Of a stretch of DNA of 42,569 nucleotides, positions 18,933 to 28,853 are shown piece by piece; the first letter of the stretch is position 1; each line of letters begins with the position of its first letter. A program made the position numbers and the translations under genes. Below the pieces are notes generated by a model. That model searched no databases and was not told the origin of the DNA. It saw only the letters and a program-made list of their open reading frames with translations. Source of the DNA: Bacteroidaceae bacterium (lineage in GTDB: Bacteria > Bacteroidota > Bacteroidia > Bacteroidales > Paludibacteraceae); assembly GCA_963659655.1 (NCBI GenBank), contig CAVKVE010000001.1, positions 48,337 through 90,905 of the forward strand, read 5' to 3'.

Positions 18933-19087
18933 CGTACCGCAGCATCTACATTCCCACTCTACATTTAATTATACACCCCCCCCTTTTTTTGTTCACAAAT
19001 CCTATACAATTCTAAGCAAAAAGTATCGTTTCTTACGATTACGCCTGCACAAAAAGTTCGGCAATTGCAAAAACCGAATATTTTTTG

Positions 19088-19095
19088 TACCTTTG
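19088..19095 (+). promoter_or_regulatory. Candidate -7 box (TAnnTTTG) for the antiporter gene
   Basis: TACCTTTG lies 44 nt upstream of the ATG at 19139. Confidence 0.4.
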
Positions 19096-19138
19096 CGGCC
19101 TATTTTTCGAATTATTCATCCGTAACCATACATATCCA

Positions 19139-20764
19139 ATGCAAGTTGAACTTATTCTTTTGATACTCTCGCTGCTTTTCTTTGCCAGCATTTTCACCGA
19201 CAAGATTGGTTACAAGTTTGGTGTACCGGCTTTGTTGCTTTTCTTGGCTGTCGGTATGTTGTTCGGTCCCGATGGGGTAGGCAAGTTCTTCAACGAGGAC
19301 GGCATGGGCTATATGCTGAGTATCGACTCGGCACAAGCCATCGGTACGGTAGCGCTCTGTATCATTCTGTTTTCGGGCGGTATGGACACCAAGCTCTCCG
19401 AGATTCGCCCCGTTATGGCGCCGGGTCTTACGCTTGCCACCATCGGTGTGCTGCTGACCGCCGTCATCACGGGCGTCATCATTTACTTCATTTTCGGTTG
19501 GCTCAACGCTATCGCCAGCGTCACTATTTGGGTGGCACTCTTGATGGCTTCCACCATGTCCTCCACCGATTCGGCCTCCGTCTTTTCCATTCTCCGCACC
19601 TCGGGCATCGGTTTCAAGCACAACCTTCGCCCCTTGTTGGAGTTAGAGAGCGGCGCCAACGACCCTATGGCGTATGTGCTTACCACCACCCTTATTGGTG
19701 TCGTGACGGCTACGGCCACCGAGATTTCCGGTCTTGCTATCATCCAAACCATTGTCGTTCAGCTCGTTATGGGTGCCTTCATCGGTTTCTTGTTCGGTAA
19801 GGGTATCGTCAATCTCATGCGCAAGGTGCAGCTAAGCAACGAGTCGCTCTATCCTATCATGGTGCTGACGGCTTGTATCTTTATTTTTTCCATCACCTAC
19901 TACCTGCAGGGCAACACCTATTTGGCGGTCTATATCGGTGGTCTTGTCATCGGCAACAGCAAGTTCACCCGCAAGCGCCAGACCCGCAGTTTCTTCGACG
20001 GCCTTACTTGGCTGAGCCAGCTCGTTATGTTCTTGGTGCTCGGTCTGTTGGTTCGCCCGCACGAGTTGCTGCGTATGGAAGTTTGGCTTCCTTGCTTGAT
20101 TATCAGCGTTGTGATGATTGTCATTTCCCGCCCGATTTCCGTTTTCCTTTGCATGATTCCTTTCCGCCAGTTCTCCACGCAGGACAAGCTCATGCTCAGT
20201 TGGGTGGGGCTGAAAGGAGCAGTGCCTATCATTTTTGCTATTCTCTGTCAGGCTTCTCATGTCGAGCATGCCGACCTCATTTTCAATATTGTCTTCCTCT
20301 GCACGCTCGTTTCGCTCATCGTGCAAGGCACCTCACTGTCTGCCATGGCACGCAAGTTAGGTCTTGCTTTGCCGATAACCAACCTCAAAAAACTGCAACA
20401 TTTCGACATCGACTTGCCCGAAGAGATTGAGACTTCCGCCACCGAGATCGAAGTCACTCCGGAGATGTTGCTCATGGGCAACCAGCTCAAATACCTCGAT
20501 ATTCCCGCCAAAACATTGGTCATCATGGTGCGCCGTGGTGAAGATTTCTTTGTGCCTACGGGCAAATCCGAGCTGCAGGCAGGCGACCAGTTGTTGGTCA
20601 TCACCGACAACGATGCGGCCGTAGCGGAGCAGTACCGTATGGAGGCGGCGGAGGAGGAACAGCAGCATTGGGGCGACCAGCTGATCAACAACACGACGGG
20701 CTTTTTCAAAGACCGTTGGCATCGCTTGGTCAACAATATCGGTAAGCACGAGAAAACCAAATAA
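19139..20764 (+). CDS. K+/H+ (cation:proton) antiporter, CPA1/NhaP2-like with a C-terminal RCK_C/TrkA-C-like domain
   Basis: Start taken at the internal ATG (MQVELILLILSLLFFASIFTDKIGYKFGVPALLLFLAVGMLFGPDG). About 12 TM spans, then LVIMVRRGEDFFVPTGKSELQAGDQLLVITD. Confidence 0.85.
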   Translation: MQVELILLILSLLFFASIFTDKIGYKFGVPALLLFLAVGMLFGPDGVGKFFNEDGMGYMLSIDSAQAIGTVALCIILFSGGMDTKLSEIRPVMAPGLTLATIGVLLTAVITGVIIYFIFGWLNAIASVTIWVALLMASTMSSTDSASVFSILRTSGIGFKHNLRPLLELESGANDPMAYVLTTTLIGVVTATATEISGLAIIQTIVVQLVMGAFIGFLFGKGIVNLMRKVQLSNESLYPIMVLTACIFIFSITYYLQGNTYLAVYIGGLVIGNSKFTRKRQTRSFFDGLTWLSQLVMFLVLGLLVRPHELLRMEVWLPCLIISVVMIVISRPISVFLCMIPFRQFSTQDKLMLSWVGLKGAVPIIFAILCQASHVEHADLIFNIVFLCTLVSLIVQGTSLSAMARKLGLALPITNLKKLQHFDIDLPEEIETSATEIEVTPEMLLMGNQLKYLDIPAKTLVIMVRRGEDFFVPTGKSELQAGDQLLVITDNDAAVAEQYRMEAAEEEQQHWGDQLINNTTGFFKDRWHRLVNNIGKHEKTK

Positions 20765-20803
20765 CGAACACAAAAATAAGCAAACTATACTGAACGATTC
20801 GAA

Positions 20804-22330
20804 ATGAAAAAAGTAGTATTCCTAACCGGAGCAACCGGTACGATGGGCTATGCAGGTATGCAGGAGATTTTGAAGTATCCCGACCGCTACACCCTGCGTA
20901 TCATTGCCCGCCCCAGTCAGAAGAACAAGAAACTCCTCGCCCCGCTCCAAGATAAGTTGGACATCGTTTGGGGCGACCTCACTCGATACGAAGACATCCT
21001 TCGTGGTGTCACCGGTGCCGATATTGTGCTGCATGTAGGCGGCATGGTTTCGCCTAAGGCCGACTATCGCCCGAACCTAACCCGAAGGACGAATATCGCA
21101 GCCGCCACCTATATCCGTGACGCGGTCCTTGCTCAGCCGGAGGAGCACCAGCCCCGCGTGGTCTATATCGGCAGTGTGGCCCAAATGGGTGACCGCCGTG
21201 AACCATTGCATTGGGGACGCACCGGCGACCCTATCTGTGTGTCCGCTTACGACCACTATGGCATCACCAAGGCGCGTGCCGAGTATATTCTTACCAATTC
21301 CCCTATCAAGAAATGGGTCAGCCTGCGCCAGTCGGGTATTCTCTACCCCGCTATTCTGAACAATTTTGACCCTATCATGTTCCATGTGCCTATCCGTGGC
21401 GTGCTTGAGTGGGCAACCGTCGAGGACAGCGGCCGTCTTTTGGAGCGTGTCTGCCGTGATGAGGTACCCGAAGAATTTTGGAATCAGTACTACAACATCG
21501 GTTCGGGCAAGGAATACCGTATCAGCAACTACGAATTCGAGCGTTTGCTGCTCGATGCCGTCGGTTGCCCCCGCCCCGAGCAGATTTTCGAGGCGAAATG
21601 GTTCACCACGCGCAATTTCCATGGTATGTGGTATGCCGATGGCGACCGCCTCGAGCAGTACCTGCATTTCCGTGCCAACATTCCTGTCAAAGAGTATTTT
21701 GCCGAGTTGGCTAAGGCCGATAGCATCCCTGCAGCGGTCAAATTTGCGTCTAAGACCAAGATTGCCAAGCTCTTCCCGCACTGCGTCAAACTCGCCATGT
21801 ACTGTCTTGCCCATTCCAAGACGCACGGCACGCAGTGGTGGATTCGCCACAATGTAGAGCAGCGTATCCACGCCTACTATGGCTCTTTGGAGGCGTACAA
21901 GGCGATTCCGAAGTGGAAAGATATGGATCTCAGCCACAATAGCGAGGAGGTTGTTTTGCTCGACCACGGCTACGATGAGCAGAAGCCCAAGAGCTTGTTT
22001 ACCCTCGAGGATATGCAGAAGGCAGCGGCTTTCCGTGGCGGCAAATGCGTATCTACCGAGATGGCGCAGGGCGATTGGGACACTCCTTTGGAGTGGGAAT
22101 GCGCCGAAGGCCATCGTTTCAAGGCTTCCGCCCGTGTCGTTTTGTTGGGCGGCCATTGGTGTCCCGAATGTATGCCTTGGCCGTATCGTGATGAGCCGAA
22201 TCCCCGCCCATGGCAGTGGGATAAGATTGCCCGCGAGAATCCATTCTTTGCGCAGATTTGGGCACCCTTGCACGAGCCGAACGAGGACAACCAGTACGGC
22301 CCCGACATTTTCGATGGTTGGGAAAAATAA
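20804..22330 (+). CDS. NAD(P)-binding SDR/epimerase-family protein with a ~200-aa C-terminal extension containing a zinc-ribbon-like motif
   Basis: MKKVVFLTGATGTMGYAG (Rossmann GxxGxxG). The C-terminus has KCVS...LEWECAEGHRFKASARVVLLGGHWCPEC. Confidence 0.75.
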   Translation: MKKVVFLTGATGTMGYAGMQEILKYPDRYTLRIIARPSQKNKKLLAPLQDKLDIVWGDLTRYEDILRGVTGADIVLHVGGMVSPKADYRPNLTRRTNIAAATYIRDAVLAQPEEHQPRVVYIGSVAQMGDRREPLHWGRTGDPICVSAYDHYGITKARAEYILTNSPIKKWVSLRQSGILYPAILNNFDPIMFHVPIRGVLEWATVEDSGRLLERVCRDEVPEEFWNQYYNIGSGKEYRISNYEFERLLLDAVGCPRPEQIFEAKWFTTRNFHGMWYADGDRLEQYLHFRANIPVKEYFAELAKADSIPAAVKFASKTKIAKLFPHCVKLAMYCLAHSKTHGTQWWIRHNVEQRIHAYYGSLEAYKAIPKWKDMDLSHNSEEVVLLDHGYDEQKPKSLFTLEDMQKAAAFRGGKCVSTEMAQGDWDTPLEWECAEGHRFKASARVVLLGGHWCPECMPWPYRDEPNPRPWQWDKIARENPFFAQIWAPLHEPNEDNQYGPDIFDGWEK

Positions 22331-22382
22331 TCCCTATACGCCCAACATCGTTTCGGCGTAGTCATTTTTCCCCATAATAAAC

Positions 22383-22423
22383 TTTTGGCGTATAGGTAAA
22401 ACATAGTAACCTATACGCCAAAA
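22383..22423. terminator. Perfect 15-bp stem-loop downstream of the SDR gene
   Basis: TTTTGGCGTATAGGT (22383-22397) and ACCTATACGCCAAAA (22409-22423) with an 11-nt loop, followed by TCTTTCT. Confidence 0.55.
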
Positions 22424-22486
22424 TCTTTCTCTCCCCCCCACTCCCCAACCTATTCATACTATATACGACAAGGGGTTGCATAAAAT

Positions 22487-22522
22487 AAGCGTACCGGTCA
22501 TCTCAAAATGACCGGTACGCTT
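22487..22522. terminator. Bidirectional terminator between the SDR gene and rmuC
   Basis: Perfect 15-bp stem AAGCGTACCGGTCAT / ATGACCGGTACGCTT with a 6-nt loop. There is a short T-run on the + side and T/A-rich sequence on the - side, 20 nt beyond the rmuC stop. Confidence 0.75.
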
Positions 22523-22542
22523 TTCATTAAAGTACAATCGAT

Positions 22543-23913
22543 TTATTCCGTCGGTTCTGCCTCACCACCTTCCGGCAGTGCCTCCGCCTCCGAATCCGCA
22601 GCCAACACTTCCGATTTCGCTTTCCGTAGCTTAGCCTTCTTCGTGCTGACAACGCCCAAACTCTTGAGAGCATCCACCCTTCGCAGAAGGTTTCCCGTTC
22701 CATCTACCAGCTGTGCACTCAGCTTCTCGTATGTTTTGCTGACCGTCTGCAGTTGTCCACCCATCGACTGACAGGTCTCTGCCACAGTCTGCACCTTGTC
22801 ATACAGTGCCTCGGCTTGTCGGATGATCTCTTTGCAGTTGTCTTCCTGCCGTGCATTGTGCCAAGTCTGCAGTACAAGATTCAGTGCCAACATCAGGTTG
22901 GTCGGGTTCACTATCACGACCCCCTTCTTAAATGCCTCTTGCCCCAAGCTTCGGTCGTGGTTCATCGCCAGCACATAGCTGCCCTCGTTGGGGACGAACA
23001 TCAGCACATACGAGATCGAGTTCTCCACATACTTCGGGTACTGTTTGTCGGCCAGTTCCTTCACATGGCTCTTCACCGACTCGCAGTTCCGCTTCTCGGC
23101 GTCTTCCCGTTCCGCATCGTTTGCCGCCCCCACATAGTCTTGGTAGGCGGTAAGCGACACTTTCGAGTCGATAATAATGCGTGTTCCGTCCGAGCAGTTC
23201 ACCACCACATCGGGGCGAAGCTCGCAGCCTCGCTTGTCCTTGAAGCTTTTCTGTGGCTCATACTCTATGCCCTCTCTCAGACCGCTGTCCCGCAGAATAT
23301 CGTTCAGCACCTGCTCGCCCCAGTCGCCATGCACTTTTCCTTTGTTTTTGAGCGCCTCAGCCAGGTTGTCGGCTTTCTGCCCCACCTGCTGCGATTGCTC
23401 CATCATGGTCTTGAAGGCGCCCTCCAACGAAGAGGTGTTCTTGTCATACCCCTCTTTGGTTTCTTTGAGCAGGGTAGACATCTGCTCCATGTTCTGCCGG
23501 AGCGGCGTCATCAGTTTTTCGACATGGTCGGTATTGGTTTTCTCCAATTCCTCGGCACGCTGTTTCATGATTTGCTCCGTGGTCTGCGAGAGTTGCGTTC
23601 GTATCAGATCCAGCTGCTGCCGATTCTGTTCCTCCCTACTCTTCTGCTCCTGCACCTTCTCGGCAGCCGCTCTCGCACGCTCCTCTTCCATTTGTTTCAT
23701 CTGAAACGAGCAGGCTAATTTGGCTTTTTCCAGCTCTGTGGTTTGGCTCGCCAATTGTTGGGAGAGCGACTCCTTAGCTTGCTCCAACTTTTCCTTTTCT
23801 GCCTGCCATTGCGCCTGTTGCGCCTCAGCAGATTGGTGCAGGTGCCACGCCAGCAGCCCCAATCCAAGACCTGCTGCCGCAATGCCGATTACAATACCGA
23901 TAAATAATTCCAT
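22543..23913 (-). CDS. rmuC: DNA recombination protein RmuC
   Basis: 456 aa. N-terminal TM, a long coiled coil, then the RmuC nuclease-like core (RPDVVVNCSDGTRIIIDSKVSL...YVLMFVPNEGSY...VNPTNLMLALNLV). Confidence 0.9.
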   Translation of the reverse strand: MELFIGIVIGIAAAGLGLGLLAWHLHQSAEAQQAQWQAEKEKLEQAKESLSQQLASQTTELEKAKLACSFQMKQMEEERARAAAEKVQEQKSREEQNRQQLDLIRTQLSQTTEQIMKQRAEELEKTNTDHVEKLMTPLRQNMEQMSTLLKETKEGYDKNTSSLEGAFKTMMEQSQQVGQKADNLAEALKNKGKVHGDWGEQVLNDILRDSGLREGIEYEPQKSFKDKRGCELRPDVVVNCSDGTRIIIDSKVSLTAYQDYVGAANDAEREDAEKRNCESVKSHVKELADKQYPKYVENSISYVLMFVPNEGSYVLAMNHDRSLGQEAFKKGVVIVNPTNLMLALNLVLQTWHNARQEDNCKEIIRQAEALYDKVQTVAETCQSMGGQLQTVSKTYEKLSAQLVDGTGNLLRRVDALKSLGVVSTKKAKLRKAKSEVLAADSEAEALPEGGEAEPTE

Positions 23914-23919
23914 ATTTTT

Positions 23920-26900
23920 CTATTTCACCTTTGTGCCGAGTACATTGTATATATGCCCGTTGTAGAGAATATATACCTGCCCGTTGCGGAGAACCTTGCG
24001 AGGCTGAGCCATCGTGCCGTCTTGTACGCTCTCCATGTCCGTCTTTTTTGGGTCTCTTACCAAGCGTACAGAGCATCCCCCGCTTCGGATACTTTCGCCC
24101 GAACAATTTACATCCGACTCCGTAAAATGTATGAGGTGTATGCGTTCGGCACTCCCATCCACCGAGATTCCGCAATGGTAACAGCCGATATTCGTCAGGG
24201 TTGTACCTATACGATAGCCTCCTACCGGCAAGAACACCGCTCCGTTTGCTTCCATCAGTGCCCAATCGGCTACCGTGAATGTATTTTCGGTGTAGGTGGT
24301 TGCAGCGGTGTTGTAGGTAATCGATTCCGGCTTATTCCATGTATCGGGCAGGATAACCACTCCGCTAACGCCCACAACAGTGGCGTGGAAATAGAGTGTT
24401 TCCGCATTCTCACGCTTGAAGAACAGGTAGTCCCATTCCGAAAGGGTCGGAGTACGCCATTTGTTCTTGTCCCCGTCTATCTCGTTCGTTCCCCAATCGA
24501 GGAAATCGCCCTGATAGTCCTCTTGATTCTTAGAAGTGCTGATACCCCACGGAGCCACTGCATCTTCGCCGCTCCAGCCGAATAGGTCAATCGTATGGTT
24601 CAGTATCGTGGTCGTGCCTACCGTTTTCACATTGTCCGAACCGATTATATCGAATTGGTTTTCAGCGAACTTCCATACCGAGTGGTCGGTGCATTGCAAG
24701 TTTCCTTGCGAGAAGAACACAGTGCGAGTGCTTGATACTGAGATCGGATACGCATCGTAGCGGCAAGGCAACAAGAATAGTGCCGAGATGGCCACATCGC
24801 TGTTTGGCATCACAAATTGATATGCGCCGTCTTCCGTTTGGGTGACAGCCACCTCGCTTGTCGCAGCCCCCGTTCCTTTCGTTACATGAATCGATTTGAG
24901 GTAGTAGTTTCCATCCGCCTCAGCCGTTATGGTGATTACCTCTCCCGGCATAGCCGTCGTGGCAGAAGCCGAGAGCGTACCACCCTCCGCGGTGCCGAGC
25001 GTAATGGTGTGCGATGCCACATCTTGCACCAAGCGAACAGCCATTCCAATGTAACTATCATCAAAACTTACGCCAATAGTAGATTGAGTGGCAGCAATAT
25101 AAAAGGATGTTACCCCACCTTTTTTGGCTGTTGATGACCAATAGAATCCACCTATATCCAATATGGTAGATGCGCCTGCTCGAGCGGCGGAGGCAGGAAG
25201 GAACACCGCTCCTGCGGCCTCCATCTGCGCCCACTGCGCAAGCGTGTAGGTGTTCACGGTGTAGTCCACCGACACCATCTTGCCTGCTGCGGTAAACGAA
25301 ATACCCTCCGGCGTGGTCCAATCGTCCGGCAGCAGCACGGCTCCGGTCGTACCATTGACCGTGGCAGGTCCATAGAGATCGGTAGCGTTCTCACGCGTCT
25401 TGAGCAGATAGTCCCATTCCAGATAGGCAGGAGTACGCCATGTATTGGCTGCGTCTTTGCCTATCGGATTCGTTCCCCAATCGGTAAATGTGGCATAATC
25501 TGTAGTGGTCGTACTTACTTTGGTAGGAGCATTGCCTGTTCCCCACCCAAATAGGTCTATTTTGTCGGCCAATCCCGAACCACTCCCGAAGGTAGACAGG
25601 TTTTTCGTGCCTAATGTGTCGTATTGATACGCTGCAAACTCCCACGATTTCGTGCTTTGGGTGTATTGCAAGTTGCCTTGAGCGAATACGATCTGCTTGC
25701 CTGCCGCCACGGTAAATGGGTGCATCACATACTGTTGCGGGTAGGCGAACACTGCCGACACCGTCACATTGCCCTGCGGTATGCTGAATCGATAGGTATT
25801 CTCATCCACTTGCGTGAAGATCACCTCCTCTGTCCCGCAGAGGATGCTCAATGAGCGGAGCAAGTACCCCTCATCGGGTGTCGCCGTAATAGTAACCACA
25901 TCCTGATACTGTCCCCTCTGCGTATCAGCTGTAAGCGTACCGTTTTCCGGAGTAGTCACTGTAATGCTGTATAGCGCCACATCCTCCACCAAGCGGACAT
26001 TCCGAGCCAAGTAAGCCGTCGTACCATTGCGTAACATCAACATTTCATCGGTAAAGGATACGGCTATCGGGGCGGATGCCTCAGCCGTCCAATAGCTTCC
26101 GCCCTGTGTCGTTTCCATCGCCGTACCATTGCGCCAGCCGCCCATAGGCAGGAACACCGCGCCTGCGGCTTCCATCTCGTCCCATTGAGCGAGGGTGTAG
26201 GTATTATGCGATGAGTTGTCTTTATTCGCATTCTCGGCGATGGTGGCAGATTTCCATGTCAGTCCGTTCTCGCTGCTTGGGTTGAACACAAGCCCCTGCG
26301 GCAGTTGCCATTGGTCGGGCAGCAGAATCAGTCCTTTCACTCCATCGACCGTACCGAAACCAAAGAGCTTGTCTGCATTGGAACGGGTACGCACGATATA
26401 GGTCCACTCCGCCTGCGTCAGGGTGCGCCAAGTGTCTGCCGCATCCCCGCCTATCTTATTCTTGCCCCAGTCCGCAAAGGTTCCCGAGTAGTCTGCATCG
26501 GTCGTCGAGGTACTCACGCCATACTGTGCCGTGGCGGTGCTACCGCTCCAGCCGAACAGGTCTATCTCTTCTGCCAGTTCCAATGTGCCGGCGTACGGGT
26601 GCGTCATGATGTTGTTTGCCCCTATCGTGTCGTATTGGTTGTTGGCGAAACTCCATACATTTTTGTATGGTTCATAATGCAGGTTACCTTTGGAGAAGCG
26701 CACCGCCTTGTCTGCTGCAACAGAGATGAGTTGCGGCGCATAGTGGCCGTCGCGTACAAATACGGCGGAGATAGTAACTATCGCGTCAGGCATAGTGAAC
26801 TGATATTGATTGTCCGTGCCTGCCACGGGCGTTACCAATACGCTCGCCTGCACGCCCACTACTCCTTTCTTGACCACAACCGTCTTCAGCGAATAGCCTG

Positions 26901-28602
26901 CGTCGGCATTGGCGGTAACGACAATCGTTGTCCCCGGCTCTGCGGGTGTGGTATCTGCGCTTATCGTACCGTTCTCGGTCTGTTGAACGGTTACCGTATA
27001 GGTCGATACATCTTGTGCCAATCGCACAGGGAGTGCAAAGTATCGATATGTCGAGGTGGTTGTAGAAAGGGTCTTCGTAGATGCTTTCCACCATACCGAA
27101 TAGACCGAATTATTGCCTGTGACCTCTGTGCTCGTACGATACCATAAGCCTGTCTTGACGGTGCTACCATCCCTCCAGCCTGCAGCAGGGAGGAATACAG
27201 CCCCGTTCTTTTCCATATCTGTCCATTGCGCATCGGTATAGACATTGACCGTATAGTCGCCGAGGGTATCCACTAATGTGAGTCCTGCCGGTGCCACCCA
27301 CTCATCGGGCAGTACCACCAATCCCTTCGTTGTGCCTACCATCGCAAAGCCGCATAGTTTCTTTGCATTAGGACGATTTTTAAGCAAGAATTTCCACTCA
27401 GCGGAAGACAGCGTCCGATAGGTGCCGGCCGCATAACTCTCGATAGTATTCTGCCCGTAGTCCAACAACGCAGTCAGGCCATAATCCGATTCCTCCTGCG
27501 ATAGCGAGACACCGTATGATACCGTCGAGCCCGTTCCGCTCCAGCCGAACAGGTCGATAGCGTTTTGATTGAGAATCTGCGTTCCCGTGGCGTCAGTCGT
27601 CACATTTGCTTCCCCGATATAGTCCGTCTGTTTCGATGCAAAATACCACTCGTTGGTACTGATGCTGTGCATCAGGTTTCCTGCCGAGAAAAGCACCTGT
27701 TTGCCCGATGTGTTAATGGTTATCGGCTTGGCAACATATTCCCGTGGCATCTCATAGTCTTTCACCAAACGAACCGCATTACCTCGACTCAATGGTGACG
27801 CCGTACCATAAGGGTAGCATGTATATTTGTTTATATACACAAACAAATGGTTGGACGTCGTTAGATATTTCGCCCAATAGCCCGCTTTGTCCAAATCGGT
27901 AACTGCAGTCCCGGTTCTCCATCCCGTCGTAGGCAAAAATACAGCCCCAGCAGCCTCCATAGTTTGCCACTGCGTTGCGGTATATACATTGTCCGTATAA
28001 TGGTTCTCCTTGTTCTCATCCTCGTAGCCATATCCCCATGGCGCTCCAAGTGTCGAACTCGGCGTAAAAGCAGCCCCTGCGGGCAGCACCCAGTCGTTAG
28101 GCAGGATGATGATTCCTGTGACATCGTTCACGGTGGCAAAAGCGAACAGCGATGCCGCATTGGCTCGTTGCCCCAACAGATATTGCCACTCCGGACAGGT
28201 CAGAGAATACCATGTATTGGCTTTGTCCGCACCTATCACATTGTTTCCCCAATCCACAAATACATCATTGTAATCATTCGCATCCGTCGAGGTACTGATA
28301 CCCCAAGCAGCCGGAGCGTAGGTGCTGTAGCCGAACAGGTCAATTTTGTCGGCAAGCACGGTGTTGCCCGTTGCGTCGGTGGTCACATTTGCCTCGCCGA
28401 GCACCTCCCATTGGTTGGCAGCGAACGCCCATGTATAGGTTCCGCTCTGTACGCCGGAGCATTGCAGGTTTCCCGGCGAAAAGACAACTTGCTTAGTGGC
28501 AGCCACCGAGAACGGGTGGGGCGAATAAGCAGACGGAGTTTGTGCCGTTGCACTTAGCAGCACGCATAGCATTACCGTAAGTAGAGAAATTAGCTTTTTC
28601 AT
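23920..28602 (-). CDS. 1560-aa secreted modular surface protein: 5 lectin-like (DUF1566/FISUMP-like) modules plus 3 beta-sandwich spacer domains
   Basis: Signal peptide MKKLISLLTVMLCVLLSATAQ. The block F(S/A)xGNLQ...W(A/S/E/K)FAxNQ...IDLFGW...DWG.N.I...WRT(L/P)...EW.YL...GAVFLPxxGxR...VRLVxD occurs five times. Y(T/S)(V/I)TV...G(T)(I/L)(S/T)A(D/S)...(V/I)(S/T)(I/V)SA(V/L)F domains occur three times. Confidence 0.85.
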   Translation of the reverse strand: MKKLISLLTVMLCVLLSATAQTPSAYSPHPFSVAATKQVVFSPGNLQCSGVQSGTYTWAFAANQWEVLGEANVTTDATGNTVLADKIDLFGYSTYAPAAWGISTSTDANDYNDVFVDWGNNVIGADKANTWYSLTCPEWQYLLGQRANAASLFAFATVNDVTGIIILPNDWVLPAGAAFTPSSTLGAPWGYGYEDENKENHYTDNVYTATQWQTMEAAGAVFLPTTGWRTGTAVTDLDKAGYWAKYLTTSNHLFVYINKYTCYPYGTASPLSRGNAVRLVKDYEMPREYVAKPITINTSGKQVLFSAGNLMHSISTNEWYFASKQTDYIGEANVTTDATGTQILNQNAIDLFGWSGTGSTVSYGVSLSQEESDYGLTALLDYGQNTIESYAAGTYRTLSSAEWKFLLKNRPNAKKLCGFAMVGTTKGLVVLPDEWVAPAGLTLVDTLGDYTVNVYTDAQWTDMEKNGAVFLPAAGWRDGSTVKTGLWYRTSTEVTGNNSVYSVWWKASTKTLSTTTSTYRYFALPVRLAQDVSTYTVTVQQTENGTISADTTPAEPGTTIVVTANADAGYSLKTVVVKKGVVGVQASVLVTPVAGTDNQYQFTMPDAIVTISAVFVRDGHYAPQLISVAADKAVRFSKGNLHYEPYKNVWSFANNQYDTIGANNIMTHPYAGTLELAEEIDLFGWSGSTATAQYGVSTSTTDADYSGTFADWGKNKIGGDAADTWRTLTQAEWTYIVRTRSNADKLFGFGTVDGVKGLILLPDQWQLPQGLVFNPSSENGLTWKSATIAENANKDNSSHNTYTLAQWDEMEAAGAVFLPMGGWRNGTAMETTQGGSYWTAEASAPIAVSFTDEMLMLRNGTTAYLARNVRLVEDVALYSITVTTPENGTLTADTQRGQYQDVVTITATPDEGYLLRSLSILCGTEEVIFTQVDENTYRFSIPQGNVTVSAVFAYPQQYVMHPFTVAAGKQIVFAQGNLQYTQSTKSWEFAAYQYDTLGTKNLSTFGSGSGLADKIDLFGWGTGNAPTKVSTTTTDYATFTDWGTNPIGKDAANTWRTPAYLEWDYLLKTRENATDLYGPATVNGTTGAVLLPDDWTTPEGISFTAAGKMVSVDYTVNTYTLAQWAQMEAAGAVFLPASAARAGASTILDIGGFYWSSTAKKGGVTSFYIAATQSTIGVSFDDSYIGMAVRLVQDVASHTITLGTAEGGTLSASATTAMPGEVITITAEADGNYYLKSIHVTKGTGAATSEVAVTQTEDGAYQFVMPNSDVAISALFLLPCRYDAYPISVSSTRTVFFSQGNLQCTDHSVWKFAENQFDIIGSDNVKTVGTTTILNHTIDLFGWSGEDAVAPWGISTSKNQEDYQGDFLDWGTNEIDGDKNKWRTPTLSEWDYLFFKRENAETLYFHATVVGVSGVVILPDTWNKPESITYNTAATTYTENTFTVADWALMEANGAVFLPVGGYRIGTTLTNIGCYHCGISVDGSAERIHLIHFTESDVNCSGESIRSGGCSVRLVRDPKKTDMESVQDGTMAQPRKVLRNGQVYILYNGHIYNVLGTKVK

Positions 28603-28853
28603 GATAGTATAATTTTTGGATGTATGAATTTACGGACTCTTGGATTCTCGAATTATTAAACAATTGGATTTATGGATTATTATTTGCGACAAAGGTACAA
28701 CATTTATTTAACATAGCCAACACTTCCATTGTTTTTTTGCCACCACACGCTCGTATTTTCCACTTTCTTCTAATGAACATACACCAAGGCAGCCGGTCAC
28801 GATTCGACCGGCTGCCTTATTCCAATCCGTTGTTTCGTATGGTATGCCGCCCC

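Noticed and set aside
23913-23920. Functional coupling of the giant surface protein and rmuC (6-nt gap, same strand)
   Set aside because: Close spacing is normal in this compact genome, and there is no mechanistic link between a secreted adhesin-like protein and a cytoplasmic recombination factor. It is likely incidental co-transcription.
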